This document shows, one piece after another, positions 49,450 through 61,599 of a stretch of DNA of 64,000 nucleotides. Each line of letters starts with the position of its first letter. Positions within the stretch are counted from its first letter, which is position 1. Under the pieces are notes generated by a model. The model did no database searches and was not told the origin of the DNA. It saw nothing but the letters and a program-made list of their open reading frames with translations. Position numbers and translations under genes: made by a program. The DNA comes from Takakia lepidozioides (Eukaryota > Plantae > Bryophyta): the NCBI GenBank assembly GCA_030704615.1, contig CM060731.1, positions 84,444,001 through 84,508,000 of the forward strand, written 5' to 3'.

Positions 49450-50735
49450 ACAGTCTCATCGTCTCTCTCCTTTGAGTTTGCATAGATTTCTTGTATTACG
49501 GCCTTCGATCTATGGCATCACTCAGCACCATTATGCCTCGTGGTTGAACGAGCTACTTTTCATATAATTTTCAAGGGGATGTGGGAATTAAAATTCATCT
49601 TCGTGTGATTGCTTTATAGTTCATCCCCAACCTTCTTTCTCCCTCTTTCATCGCTTCTAATCATTCTGCATCCCTAACTGAAAGTACTAGAGCCGCCTCT
49701 AATTATTAGACAGCCCCCATCACGCTTCCAGCTTCCCGCCTCTCGCTTCGGTGAGTGACGGGGAGAGACTCCCCGTCACTCCTAATCTTCCTTCGGTTTA
49801 GCTCTAATCGCAGGATTTATCGGGCTGTTAAGCAAGTTTCCTCCCTTTGAGCTTTAGCTATCTCTGTTAACCGTTGGTTCGTGACTTAGACGAAATAGAC
49901 CTCTAACAGCATAATCCATTTCCCAAAGACACTTGACAGAGGCTGTCCAATGGTATGTCTGCAGATCGATTACCAAGTAATCATTAATGGCTGGTAAAAC
50001 ACTCGGGTTCCATGAATCAGTCTCCATGTTTATTATCTAAGTTGTTGGACTAGTCAGTACTCATCAGGGTCTTCGGCAAAACTGTATTGCTACAGTTGCG
50101 ACTAAGTCCAATCTAAACATTCAGTACTTTATACAATCGCAGAGAAGATCCATTCAGAGATGATGCACATTCTCTCCACCTCACGTTCTCTCATCATACA
50201 CATTCTCCATCTCACAATCACTCTACGCATAAGTACTTGGAAAAGCATGGCTTTACTTCAGAGTCACCACATCATAGCATAAGTCGCTCTGATTCCACAC
50301 TGATACACTGATACTTCCTAAGTTGCGTGTAGTCCTTTTCTACTATGCTCGAAAGAGCTGTTTACAGCCTGCGGTCGTTAATGACCATTGCCTAACTGCC
50401 TACGCAACCTAAATGGTTTGCCAGAAAAGTGGCCGTGGTCGTGGCTCGTGGTCGTGTGCCTTAGTGGTACACGGCCCACGGTCCCTCGCTACTCCTTCTA
50501 CTAGTAAAGCCTATGCTACCGTGGCCGTGGGATATCATGGTTCACGGCCCACGACTGCTACACTACCCACTATTGCTCCTCGTGGTAGTGTGTCCCATGC
50601 TTTGCTGCTGCTAAGTACCGAGCACTTAGCCCTTTCTGCCCTGTGGCCGGGTAGTCTGAAATTGATCACTACCCGCCATGTACCCTCGTAGCTTCAGCTA
50701 CCCTGCCCTCGTGCACTGACACTTAGCCGTTATCA
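49450..50735 (-). mobile_element. Probable 3' LTR of a third Ty3/gypsy family (far end uncertain)
   Basis: Minus-strand PPT AAAGGAAGGGGGGGATAAA followed by TGATAAC at 50735, just downstream of the extra-ORF homologue; GTGGCCGTGG repeats inside. Confidence 0.55.
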
Positions 50736-50774
50736 TTTATCCCCCCCTTCCTTTGAAATTGTACTGTCCGCACA

Positions 50775-51900
50775 TCAGTATCTGTGTTTGCCCTGTCTTT
50801 TCTGGGGGATGTAGGGTGGTGGCATGCCCTGTTGTTGGTTCGTCTGTTGGTTGAGGAGTGTCTCCCATGCTGGTGATGGTTTTGGGGGCAGCCTCTTGTT
50901 CCTGTTATCGTCGTTGTCTAGTGCCTCCTTTGGCTCCTGTATGGGCCAGCTCTCGTCATCGGGATGTTCTGATTTCCCTTCGTTGCGTACCATGTCTATC
51001 TTGGTGGAAGGAATCTCGCGGTAAGTGAGCAGCTCTTCCTTGGTCCAAGGCACAATGTCTTCGGTTGCCCTGCTGCCCATTAACCAGTTAAGTGCATGCA
51101 TCCCTATCTCCCTGAAGGGGTGGTCTCTGTCTAGTACCAACGGTGAGAAGTGGTCCTTCGCCTGGCGCCATGCTTCAACATATAGTGGTCTGTTTGCATA
51201 TGTCGAGGTGCCCGAGACTCTTTCTGGTGGCTGGAATTTGGGTAATTCCCAGTGCGTATCCTTGTCAATGCTTTCATATCTCTGCCAGCTTGCATGCATT
51301 GTGACGAACATCCTGTACAAGTAGCTGTCAATATAAAAGCTTGGGCAGCCCATTACCACATCTATTGCTGGGGTGGGATTAATCTTCAGCTGTCCCACTG
51401 CCCACATGTAAGCAACCAGCTCCTTGTATTTGAGGAGAGCTTAGCGCCAGAATTCGACCAATTATGCTCCTAACCATGTCTCCTCCTTGCCTAGTGGCCT
51501 CATCCTGTATCTCAAAGGTATGAGCGTTTGATTGAGCAGATGTAGTTGGCCTAATGATTTGCACGGGTTTAAGGCCTTGAATACCTTTTCCAACATCTCA
51601 ACAACCAACATGTAGCCCAGTGGTAAGGGCATATACCCTCTTACGAGTGGTTGTGGGTTCAAACCACCTTGTTGGTTGTTACAAAGGTGTCCACCTTCCT
51701 ACCAGAAGGCAGTAGCCCTTCTGGATCAAGTGACACCATAAGTTTACGCTTGCTTCGGCAACGCGTCCACCTTTTTCTTTTTTTCTTTTTCTTTTCCAAC
51801 ATCTCCGGGATTTGCTGGGCTGGCATGATCATCATCTTAAAGTATTACTCTGAATACTTGAGCCATTCCCCGTCCTGTTTGCATGGCATGATTTGAAAAT
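50775..51900 (-). pseudogene. Extra 3' ORF homologue of a second retrotransposon family (region interrupted by a SINE)
   Basis: VVMGCPSFY..YL.R...HWELP...GMHALNWLMG...PWTKEEL aligns with 44676-45297; the extent above 51407 is approximate. Confidence 0.6.
51600..51790 (+). mobile_element. tRNA-derived SINE with T-rich tail and 15-bp TSD
   Basis: A-box TAGCCCAGTGG, B-box GGTTCAAACC, acceptor-like stem AACCAACA/TGTTGGTT; TSD CTTTTCCAACATCTC at 51585-51599 and 51791-51805; second copy at 61115. Confidence 0.85.
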
Positions 51901-52142
51901 CATCCACTGCTATCGAAGCTGATGCCACTAGAAAGAAAAGGGCCTATTGCCGTGGACAAAAACTACACTGCACGGACGCAATCTCCACCCCATCCGACGG
52001 AAGAATCCTTGCTGGGTGACGACCATATGGTACGAATGTGCGATGAAAAGCTGCCAGATGAATGGTTTTGAGATGAATGAAAAAGGGAATGGATGAATGT
52101 TGGATGACTTTTGGATGAAAAATGAGCGACATGAATGAACCA

Positions 52143-52690
52143 TGGTGTGTGTGCAGGCTTGGGATTAAGGTGTCGTCAGCGACATCTTAATTCCCAGTAC
52201 GAGCTGGCACATGACAACTCACGGAAAAACCAAAATCCCTGAAAAAATTCTCCCAAAAAAATTAATCAAAAAAATTTGAACCCAAAAAAATTTCAAGGCG
52301 AAGAAGCCTTGGCGGTAAGGCGGTGTGTGCACAGGTGGTGGGAATTAAGGTGTCATCAACGACAACTTAATTCCCAGTACGGAAAAAAAAAAAAAAATTG
52401 CTGGGAATTAAGATGGCGTTGATGACACCTTAATCCCAAGCCCCTGCACACACATGCTTACCGCTAAGGATTTTTTCCCTAGGTTGAATTGTCATGTGCC
52501 AACAGGGGCTTGGAATTAAGCTCGCATTGACGCCACCTTTATGCCTGTTTCCCTACACATAAATGCTTATCGGTAAGGTTTTTTGGAATCATTTCTTTCT
52601 TTCATGGGTTGAATTGTCATGTGCTAACAGGGGCTGTCAATTAAGCTGGCGTTGATGACAGCTTAATGCCTGTTTCCCTGCGTACATGCT
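52143..52690. repeat. Cluster of five roughly 35-bp palindromes GGGAATTAAG-N-CTTAATTCCC
   Basis: Copies at about 52161, 52340, 52403, 52512 and 52639; two blocks are inverted around a poly-A at 52383-52397. Confidence 0.85.
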
Positions 52691-52759
52691 GATCGATAAG
52701 GATAAATGTTGTAGCAGCCATCCATGGTTCATTCATCATGCCAATTTTTCATCCCGGGA

Positions 52760-53050
52760 GTCCAGGCCTCACAAGTTCTGGTTTTGCCCTGATCACATTC
52801 AACGTTGTGTGATGGGGACTTGTCGGGATTCAGTCATCACTAAGCCTCAAATTCCAGCTGTGTGGCCAGTGAAGGTGGGAACATGTCTGTCGAAGCAAGA
52901 AATTGAGATGCTGGAGGATGGCACCGTTTCGTCTTCCAAGAGGCCCAACTATCATAATACCAGTTTCATGTCGGGGTTCGCAATCCGCATTCCCCCCACG
53001 TCCACCACATGAGAACGACTGGCCTACGAAACAAAATGGAAAAGTGGTAC
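52760..53050 (+). pseudogene. GCM-MULE transposase fragment (FWFC domain)
   Basis: HKFWFCPDHIQRCVMG...PAVWPVKVGTCLSKQEIEMLEDG, closely similar to 12552-13016. Confidence 0.8.
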
Positions 53051-53658
53051 TGACAGAAATCTTTCTAACAATTATTTGAGCGGCACCATTCCACCTGAAA
53101 TCGGGAATTTGTTCGCATTGTAGACCTTGTAAGTTTCAACTGTCCTGTGGATCGCCATCAAAGCCTTTCCACGTGTTTGTGATTTTGTGAGGGCTGCTAG
53201 CTGGGAGGCCAGGGATGATCTGAGGGTGGGAGGCTAGCAAGAAAGGGAAGGGGGGAGAGAGGGAACTGAGCTTCTGTAGGCCTTGTTCAAATGGTGGTTG
53301 TTATGTGATGCATATGGCCAGGGACCAACATAGCAACAACTTCAGTGGAAGCATTCCTACCACATTGGAGAACATCACAAATCTAAACTTGTTGTGAGTA
53401 ATTTATAACCTTGTTGTCATTATTGCAGGTGCAAAGTATCTTACTATAACTCCAATGACATTCATATTCTGGCAGTGGCATTGTTGGGGAAGAAGTATCA
53501 GGAACCATTTGGCTTTAACCCCTAAGCGTCCATTTGACCCGTTTTCAGCCGAATGTTTTGGTTTTTCGGCTCTGTTTTTCTCGGATTTTAACCGATTAAC
53601 CTGATTTTTGGAGGGTAGGATGCCAGCCACATGGCAGTCAGGATTCCAACGCGTGATT

Positions 53659-53692
<34 letters not shown>

Positions 53693-54887
53693 TTAGGGTT
53701 GCAATTTTTGGCTGCGCAGGAGGTGGGGTCTGCTTCTGCAGCGATTTTTGCTTGCTCCCGCGTTTTGAGCGTCGTCTCTCTCCTTCCCGCGCTTTGCCTT
53801 GTGCTATGATCTCGTCTATTGTGGCGTTCGCGCGTGTTCCATACTTTGTTGCAGGTTGCCGTTGCAGATGCCTTGACAGGTTACCGTTGGTGGTCTGCTC
53901 TGATTTGCATCTTCCATTATCTCTTTCTCTTTCAGTCGAGGAAACTTGGAAATTGTGGGCAAGTGCCAAAGACTGAGCCATAGCTGTGAGAGAGGATGGG
54001 CCGACATTGCATTGATACTCAGGGTGCGCATTCAAGGCAGTGTTCATTGTTTGATACCTGAGCTAGACTATGCGCAGTTAGGGCATCGTGTAGCTCATCC
54101 TTGTGTTTATCCTTGTCTGCATAGGCAAATTGGTGGAGGAAGGTTGAAGCTACATAGTATAACATGGGTTCGGGTGTGTTGCCTCCCCCTGCACCTGCGC
54201 ATTTGGAGACTCAAGCTGCATCGATTGCCAAGTGAGCACGCTCACTGGGCGCATCAACCGAGCAAGTCGAGCGGATTGTCGGGTGCCTGAATGAGGACTA
54301 CCTCTTGTGTTTGAAGAGACCTGCTTGTGTGCGTTGGCCTGGATTTCCATAGCCCTCCAACTTTCGTTACTTGTTTAGGCGCCATTGCGCAGAGATTTTG
54401 GGTTGGGTAGATCGCAAGGAGGAAGGAGACCCCCTTGGGTTTAGCGCAGAGGTAAACGACATTTTGAGGCTCGAGGTTTGGCCTGACTTCCAGACGTCTT
54501 CTGCCAGCCACAATGAGGCTCAAACAGCTGGCCAGGGAGAGAGGTAATCGTATTGAACCCTCTTTTGATTTCATGACTGAGGAGATGGGCAATTCGGCCT
54601 ACTCCTTGCGCAACTCTCAAAATCCTATATGTGATCCTGTTGGTCACTCCCAAACTATGGAGGACATGGGGATTTTGGGATCCACAGTGAAGGTGGCAGT
54701 GGCTGAGCTGCACCTTCAAGATGTGGCATCGTCTAGCAATGCCCACGAATTTGGATATGGCACTGTGGTAGACAAGACATGGGACATCTTGAATGGTACA
54801 GAGAATTATACTGTCTCTTTTTTTGGTGTCCTTGGTGTTCATGTGGTATCGTCACAGTCTTGTGTTGTGTGTAATCTTGATGATTCA

Positions 54888-56637
54888 ATGTTGTGCACTA
54901 TCCCTGAGCTCTTGGGGTTGGATTCTGAAGCTGAATTGCCTGAGGGGGAAGTAGATGATAGTGAATCAGATTCTGATTGTGACTATAATCCAGAAGACGA
55001 TGACCTTGTTGACATCGACAATCCTGACTTGATGGACTACTGTGTGGACACGGGGAATCCAACGCGTGAGGTGGGATTATATGATTTGCCGCCCAATTGG
55101 GAGCAGTGGGGTCCTGCTGAGTTGTTTGGTGATGACATGTGGAACTCCTCTGCTACTGAATTGCCAGACATTACATGGTTAGGTGGGGATTCGGGTCCTC
55201 GTTTGAGATTCGGCAAATCCAGTTGACTTTTTTCATTTGTTTTGGCCACTGTCGGTCATGCGCCGAATTTGCAGCATGACCAACTTGTATGCCAGGACAT
55301 AAAACCAGAATGGAAACCTGAAAGGTAGATGGTGGTACCCTATCACCATCCGTGAATTGAAGGCTTGGCTTGCTGTTCACATGTTCATGGGAATAAAAAA
55401 TTGCCTAGTACTAGATTGTATTGGAAAGCAACAATGCCTTCTTCAATTGCCCTTCCATCATGCGCATTATGTCCCGCAACCGATGGGAGGCAATTCTGAG
55501 GTGCCTCCACCTTGTTGACAACAGGGATGTATGCACTATTGACACTGACCCTGCTTTTGATAAGTTAGCTAAAACCAGGTGGTTGCTAGATGCACTAAAT
55601 GGTTTGTATGCCACCTACATGAGCCCCGAGCAGAATTTGACTGTGGATGAGCAAATGGTGAAGTACAAGGGCAAATATGCCCGAATCCAGCAATTCCTGA
55701 GCAAGAAGCCTGTGAAGTGGGGTCTGAAGGTGTGGTGTTTGTGTGGTGCATGTTCCAAATATGTTCAGAAGTTAGAGGTTTACCTTGGGAAGGATGATGG
55801 GAATGATATGACCCATGGCAGTGGATATGGCGTGGTGACAAGGTTATTAGAAGGATTTGAGGGTAAGGGCCATATTGTAACGATGGATAATTTTTTCAGT
55901 AGCCCCATCCTGTTCTATGATTTGGCAGCAAAACAGATCTATGCTACTGGCACGTAAAAACCTCCCGAGTGGGCTTTCCTACATGCCTTGATTTGGGGAA
56001 GAAGGGTGAGAGAGGTAGGCTGGAATATCGTGTTCACATAAGTGGCAAAGTAGCCGCTATTGCCTGGATGGATGCCAAGTTGGTGACCATGATTTCCACT
56101 ACCATTTCCCCTGTCAGTCCTGATTGCTTCATACAAAGATGGCACAAAGGGGCAAGACGTGTTGTGTCTACCTCCCCTATTGTGGTTCATTACCAGCAGC
56201 ATATGCGGGGAGTGGATGTTCAGGATCAGCTACGGGGTTACTACTCTGTTCAGACCAGGGACCATAAATGGTGGCACCGCTTGTACTTTCATGGAGTTGA
56301 CACTTCTTTGGTGAATGCTTACATATTGTACCTGGGTTTTATGAGGGGAAAGGGCCACATTCCTCTTAGCCACATGCTTTTCAATTTGGAGGTTGCAAAG
56401 GGACTAATTGTGGGGTGGGTTCCTCCCAGGAGAACAGTAATGCCAGGGGCAGATGTGCCCAACCCGGGGTCCGTGCATTTCTCCCTCAAGACTAGTAGGA
56501 GGAGGAAGTGTGTTCAGTGCGGTATGCGTCAAAGGTATTTTTGTCACGCGTGTGGAGATGTCTATATATGTGCCTTGGACGATGCTTTGTCAAGAGCCAT
56601 AGCCTTCTCTGATTATAGATACTTCTATGTTCAGTAA
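54888..56637 (+). pseudogene. piggyBac transposase (DDE_Tnp_1_7 plus Cys-rich C-terminus)
   Basis: MSRNRWEAILRCLH, LTVDEQMVKYKG, KPVKWGLK, VTMDNFFSS, ATGT*, YQQHMRGVDVQDQL, KWWHRL, RRKCVQC...FCHAC.VYIC; internal stop and frameshifts; start approximate. Confidence 0.93.
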
Positions 56638-57109
56638 TTGATATGGTTGATTTCATACTACAGAGACGTGGAGACCTTTGATGCCACAGAGGGGGTATCC
56701 TCCTTACGGCTCTTTTTCTATGTAGTGGTGTTCTGTCTTTTTCTAAACACAGTGGTGTGTTTGGGGGTTGGTTTGTTGTTGGTAGCCATGAAACATTTGT
56801 ACTGAGGATCCAGCCGTAGAGAGTCGCTTGACAGTCCAAGGAGAGGTATGATTTTGTGGTTGTGCAGTATTGGGGTTCACTGAGTCCTGATCTGAATGGT
56901 TTGTTTGCTACTCCAGCTTTTTGCCTTAGTGTTCATGTAGCTCCGAGGTCTTTGCTGCAACAATTTTGTGTTTCAATTAGGACTGAGTCCATTTTCTTTG
57001 TGTCTAGTATAATTATGTGGTAGTCCCCTAGTCAAGCGGGGTGCGCACAAGGGTGGAGACTCCTTCCCTCCCTACTGGGGAGGAGTCTCCCCCCTTGTGT
57101 TCATGTATG

Positions 57110-57630
57110 AGTTACCAATTGGGGCAAGTTAGTGGGTTCAACTCCCACTCACACAATTCGGCGTGTAAAAGTGGGTTCATCTCTGGTTTTCTGAGTCTGA
57201 TTTGATGCTAGTGCTGGCCACATGTTGGTCTTTCTTTGTGTGAGCTGCCAGTTGGGGCAAGCCACTAGGTTCAATTCCCACTCACACAATGGAATTATCT
57301 GTGTTCAGGTTTGTATGTTGCCTCATTGTGTTGGAATTTTGTTGGCCTTCAAGCTTGTGTGGCTGCCTCATTGTCTCGGAGTGTGCAGATTGTGTGGAAC
57401 TTGGCCAAAAGCCTTCAGCATGGGCTGCCAGTTGGGGCAGCTCCATGGGTTCAAATCCCACCCATGCTTGGCCACTAAGGGTGGGAGATGAAGGTGAGGC
57501 TGTTTTGCATCTCTATATTTTGGGAGCTTGGGCTTGTGTGGAATTTGGCTTCAGCATGGGCTGCCAGCTGGGGCGGCTCTATGGGTTCAAATCCCACCCA
57601 TGCTCTCCCACTATGGATGGGAGATGAGGT
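57110..57630 (+). repeat. Subterminal direct repeats of piggyBac
   Basis: Four copies of (gctg)ccagttggggca...ggttcaa.tcccac at about 57115, 57244, 57424 and 57560. Confidence 0.75.
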
Positions 57631-60002
57631 AGTTGGCTGCTGTGCTTGATTCTGGCCTTTGTCTTCATGTTGCTAGACTCCATTTTGTGTGCCTTAGGCT
57701 TGTGTGGAACTTGGGCAAAAGAATGAGAGCAGGTGGAAGCTGATGTGCACATGCCAGGTGTCTTTGTGCTTTAGCAAAACTACTGCTGCCTATGGCATTT
57801 TGACCCCCCTTACTTTGACCAGTTGTAAATCAGAAAATATGTATCCATTTTTTGCATTCTATGGCTCATCAGAATGCCAATGTGCTGGACAACACTTGTA
57901 AGCAGGATGAGGTCCTGCAGATTTCATCCCGTCATTGAAAATTGCAAATTCCTCCAATTTCCCTTATTGTTTTGGGAGGGGCCCAAAAAATGGGCCCCAC
58001 ACTCAACTGTGGCGTTTCTCTGATTTTTGCCTAATTGGCCTGGAAATTTACAGGTGTCTGGAAGGGGTAGGTATGAGCATAATGTCTAGTCAATTTTCCC
58101 AAAAACTTTTTTTTCGCTGAGATATTCTCATTTTTCTGAGCTGGGGTCCACTTTTTTCAAAAAGTCAACATTGGGCACTGGGCGCTTAAGGGTTAAAGTA
58201 CACATGTTTGTAGGGGATGTCAGTGAAATCTTTGTCACTTAACACCCCCCCACCTCCCCCCCCCCCCAGCCCCACGCCCCCTTACATTAGCCTACCTGCG
58301 GTATTGAAATGGTGGAGTGTGGGAAGAGTGCGTCTTCAGTCTATACTTTGTGCCACACAAAGGTTTCATCTACCTTTTGGATCTACGCAGCATGCTCTAA
58401 CCATCTATGTTTTGTGTTTCTTATTTTCATGCAGAGACTTATCGAATAATCATTTGACATGAACTTTTGTCCTTAGCACCAAACTTGCAAAATCCTCAAA
58501 CACCTCGTATGTGGCCTTGCAAACCCTGTACATTTCGACCTGAATGACTTGGGGTAATTTGCAGGAGAAGAGAGATTAGAGTGGTGTCCTTGAGGATACT
58601 GAGGTCTTGCTCCTTTATGGTTGTGGCAGTATCTTCCCACCTAAGATTTCAAGTTGGCATATTTGTTCAGGTTTGAAGGCAATCCAGGCTTGTGCATTGA
58701 GACACCCTCAAATCCATGTAGTCAAACTGGTATGTTGATTGCTTACTTGCTAAGATATTCTTCTCTTCTGAATGCCGCACCAGAATAACGTTTTCACTTG
58801 TAACTCATTAATGTCCTTTTTTACTATCCCATCCAGGATGCTTATTCATCTTGCTTTTCTTCCAACATTTGCAAAGCCACTTAAGCTCTTACCCAGCCCC
58901 CTTATTCTGCAAGACTGAACTACATTTAACCTGCTAACGAAAAAATACTACAATGGTCCAGCACAGTGTACCTCATTGCAGCAAGAGAAGCCAGCTTCCT
59001 CATATGACAACAGAACATACTAGCATTGTAGACCTCCATGCTCAATGCTGGACATTGGCCTTGAAATTCTCGGGGATGTGATAAGTCTGAGAAAATCAGG
59101 GGGGATGTTGCGTGTGGTCTGAAGTCAATATTGTACAAGCAGTATGTGGCTTTGTTGCGATGAAGGGGCCCTCTCCTCCCTGCACGAAGTTGAAGGCAGT
59201 CTGTGTACTGAGTCCCTTCAACCATCTTGCACTTGTCAAGTAGCAGCTTATGCAGACGAGGGAAGGGCTCGCTTTTCATGGAGTAAACATCCTCATTTAC
59301 ATAGTCATTCAATAGTCACTCGACTGTTTGATATAGGCCATGTCCATTGCAGGTCATGACTACTGGGGAGGTTAAATTTGCATTGCAAGTGTTATACTAG
59401 AACATCATGAACCTATTTTGGCCCTAAAGAGCAGTCTGTCTCTAAAGGAAAGAGCCAAGAGATAAGAGTTTTTTGAAATCAATGTAGCCAATGACTTCAT
59501 TTTGCAATCCATGATGCAGGGAAATCGGTAAGTTGCCATTCTAACCACTCTTTGCTTTATATTGGTGGTTGAGAAGATAAATATATAATTGTTTGAAGTG
59601 ACGTGACATGTGCAATTAAGATGGTCATTTCCCAAGGGTAGTTGCAAAACAAGCCAGTTGTGAGATCCAGTCTTTGGGTAGCCAAAGAATTACCGACTTA
59701 CACACAGTAGATAAGCAAGAAAAGATAGCCATAAGGTTTAACAGTGACATCTTGTTGCAAGTGCAGGTGGAGCAGAAAAAAAATATAACATATTGTTGCA
59801 TCGCACTTTGCACCTAACTTCCCAACAAAGCGGTGTAGCATCAACCTCGGTCTGAGAGAGACAGCCACAGTTCTATAGATTAACGTGATTAATTTTAAAG
59901 TCGCACTCTTAGGGTTTAATTCTCCTCAAAAACCCACCGATATATACTTTCAACTGCCCCCGCCTCTCTCTCTCTCTCTCTACACCATACATACAAACAA
60001 CC

Positions 60003-60735
60003 ATGTTAACATCGGAAATAGCCGATACAATAGACACTGTAACGGACCAAGACATAACCCACCAAGACATGACAAACGTGATATACGACAGTTTCACGTC
60101 AAATGACCACCATGCCCTTAAGGTGGGGAACACGTGGAAACGCCTGCCCAACAGTACAAACTTCCACAACACCTTGTGGAACGTCCCTTCGGACCATGAA
60201 GAAATAGCAATCTTCATAGGTATTGCAAAATTCCCCTACTTTGGCAAAACCGGGAATTACAGATTCGTGACTTTCGTCGAAGAACTAAAAGACGCAAAAT
60301 TCACAATATTGATAGAAGACAACCATTTCCTGTTCGACTACGCAAATACAATAACGGAATGGTCCGATCATTGGAAGGAGAGGCGAGGACATGAGGTGGA
60401 TGGGTGAAAACAACATGAGCTCCACGAAAAAGCTCCTAAAAAACAACGCAAACAACTCTGGGTCGACGTCCAGTAATAACAAACGTCACAAAACAAACAA
60501 CGACGGGATGTACAATACAATAGAAGTCCTTAACGAAAATGGCCAAAAAATGGATGGACAATCCGTACGTTCAGGGGATCTCGTTGCAATCAAGTGTAAC
60601 ATCCAATATTGGATGAATTTCCGTCACAAGAAACACGGGCTTTCATTCCAATTAAAAGGGGTCAAACTGCTGGCCAAAGCACCAGAAGAGACAGAATTGA
60701 ACGACGACAACTGGAGCAAAAGCATAGCTTGGTAG
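60003..60735 (+). pseudogene. Putative virus-type OB-fold ssDNA-binding protein (two overlapping ORFs, possible frameshift near 60400)
   Basis: C-terminal SGDLVAIKCNIQYW...KHGLSFQLKGVKLL plus an acidic tail ending in W, reminiscent of T7 gp2.5 and large-DNA-virus SSBs; intronless, A/C-rich coding strand. Confidence 0.45.
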
Positions 60736-61114
60736 ATCTTAAATTAGACACTTCTAAACGTTCCATGTAAGGGCCACCATATTTTATAAAGACCGTCCTC
60801 CTTGATCTCCTCTTCAAAAAGTCTACATTTTGTCCCAATGCAAGCTCACAACGGATTAAAAAAATATATATACTGATTTATCATAGTCCAAATCTACTTG
60901 TTGTACCAAAATGACCCATGGAAATCCCCTCCAACTCCCTCCCCCCCCCCCCCCCCCCCCAAATCGGAACTGCGTGACCGACATGTAAGCACGATCCGTA
61001 TTCTCTCTCATGATCCTCAAGTTTGGCCATCCGTCCGGACGTCCTTCTCAGAAGTCGTCGCTAGTAGTGCGGAGCAACGCGAAGCCCTAGTTGTCATTAG
61101 AATAAACCAGGAAA

Positions 61115-61280
61115 AACAACCAACATGTAGCCCAACGGTAAGGGCATATACCCTCTTACAAGTGGTTGTGGGTTCAAACCACCCTATTGGTTGTTACAAA
61201 GGTGTCCACCTTCCTACCGGAAGGCAGTATCCCTTCTGGGTCAAGTGACACCATAAGTTACGCTTGCGTCCACCAAAAAA
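61115..61280 (+). mobile_element. Second copy of the tRNA-derived SINE (short A tail)
   Basis: Near-identical to 51600-51770. Confidence 0.82.
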
Positions 61281-61599
61281 TGACTGTCTAAAACCCTGTA
61301 GTCCTCATTTCTCCCTACTAAGGATGCTGGCTCGCTCGTCTTTACTAAGTGTCGGATAATGCATCAAAGGGGTATACTCCGTTTCACCAACCAAAATTAC
61401 AAGCATAACATAAAATATGTGCTTGCAAGGAAGGTATCCTTTCCAGGCTCTGATCAAAAGCTTCGCAAGTACAAGAGGGCTTCAATGCAGACATCATAAG
61501 TCATCCTTCACTTCAAGGAATTTGGAGTACGGATGGTATGAACCCGACCCAATCCGTTACAGATGTCAACCTTCTTCACCACATTTGCTCCACATGCAA

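Larger units (their letters stand above)
53519..58192 (+). mobile_element. Full-length piggyBac transposon
   Basis: TTAA at 53515-53518 and 58193-58196; TIRs CCCCTAAGCGTCCA and reverse-complement CCCTTAAGCGCCCA; internal piggyBac transposase. Confidence 0.92.
53057..58729 (+). pseudogene. LRR receptor-like protein/kinase pseudogene (one LRR per exon)
   Basis: Three exact 72-bp AG/GT-bounded exons: 53057-53128 (NLSNNYLSGTIPPEIGNLFAL*T), 53322-53393 (NNFSGSIPTTLENITNL) and 58435-58506 (DLSNNHLT*), plus the cap exon 58671-58729 (FEGNPGLC). Confidence 0.85.

Noticed and set aside
58900-59900. Kinase exons of the LRR receptor gene
   Set aside because: No recognisable kinase motifs (VAVK, HRD, DFG) seen in the ORFs or frames I could read.
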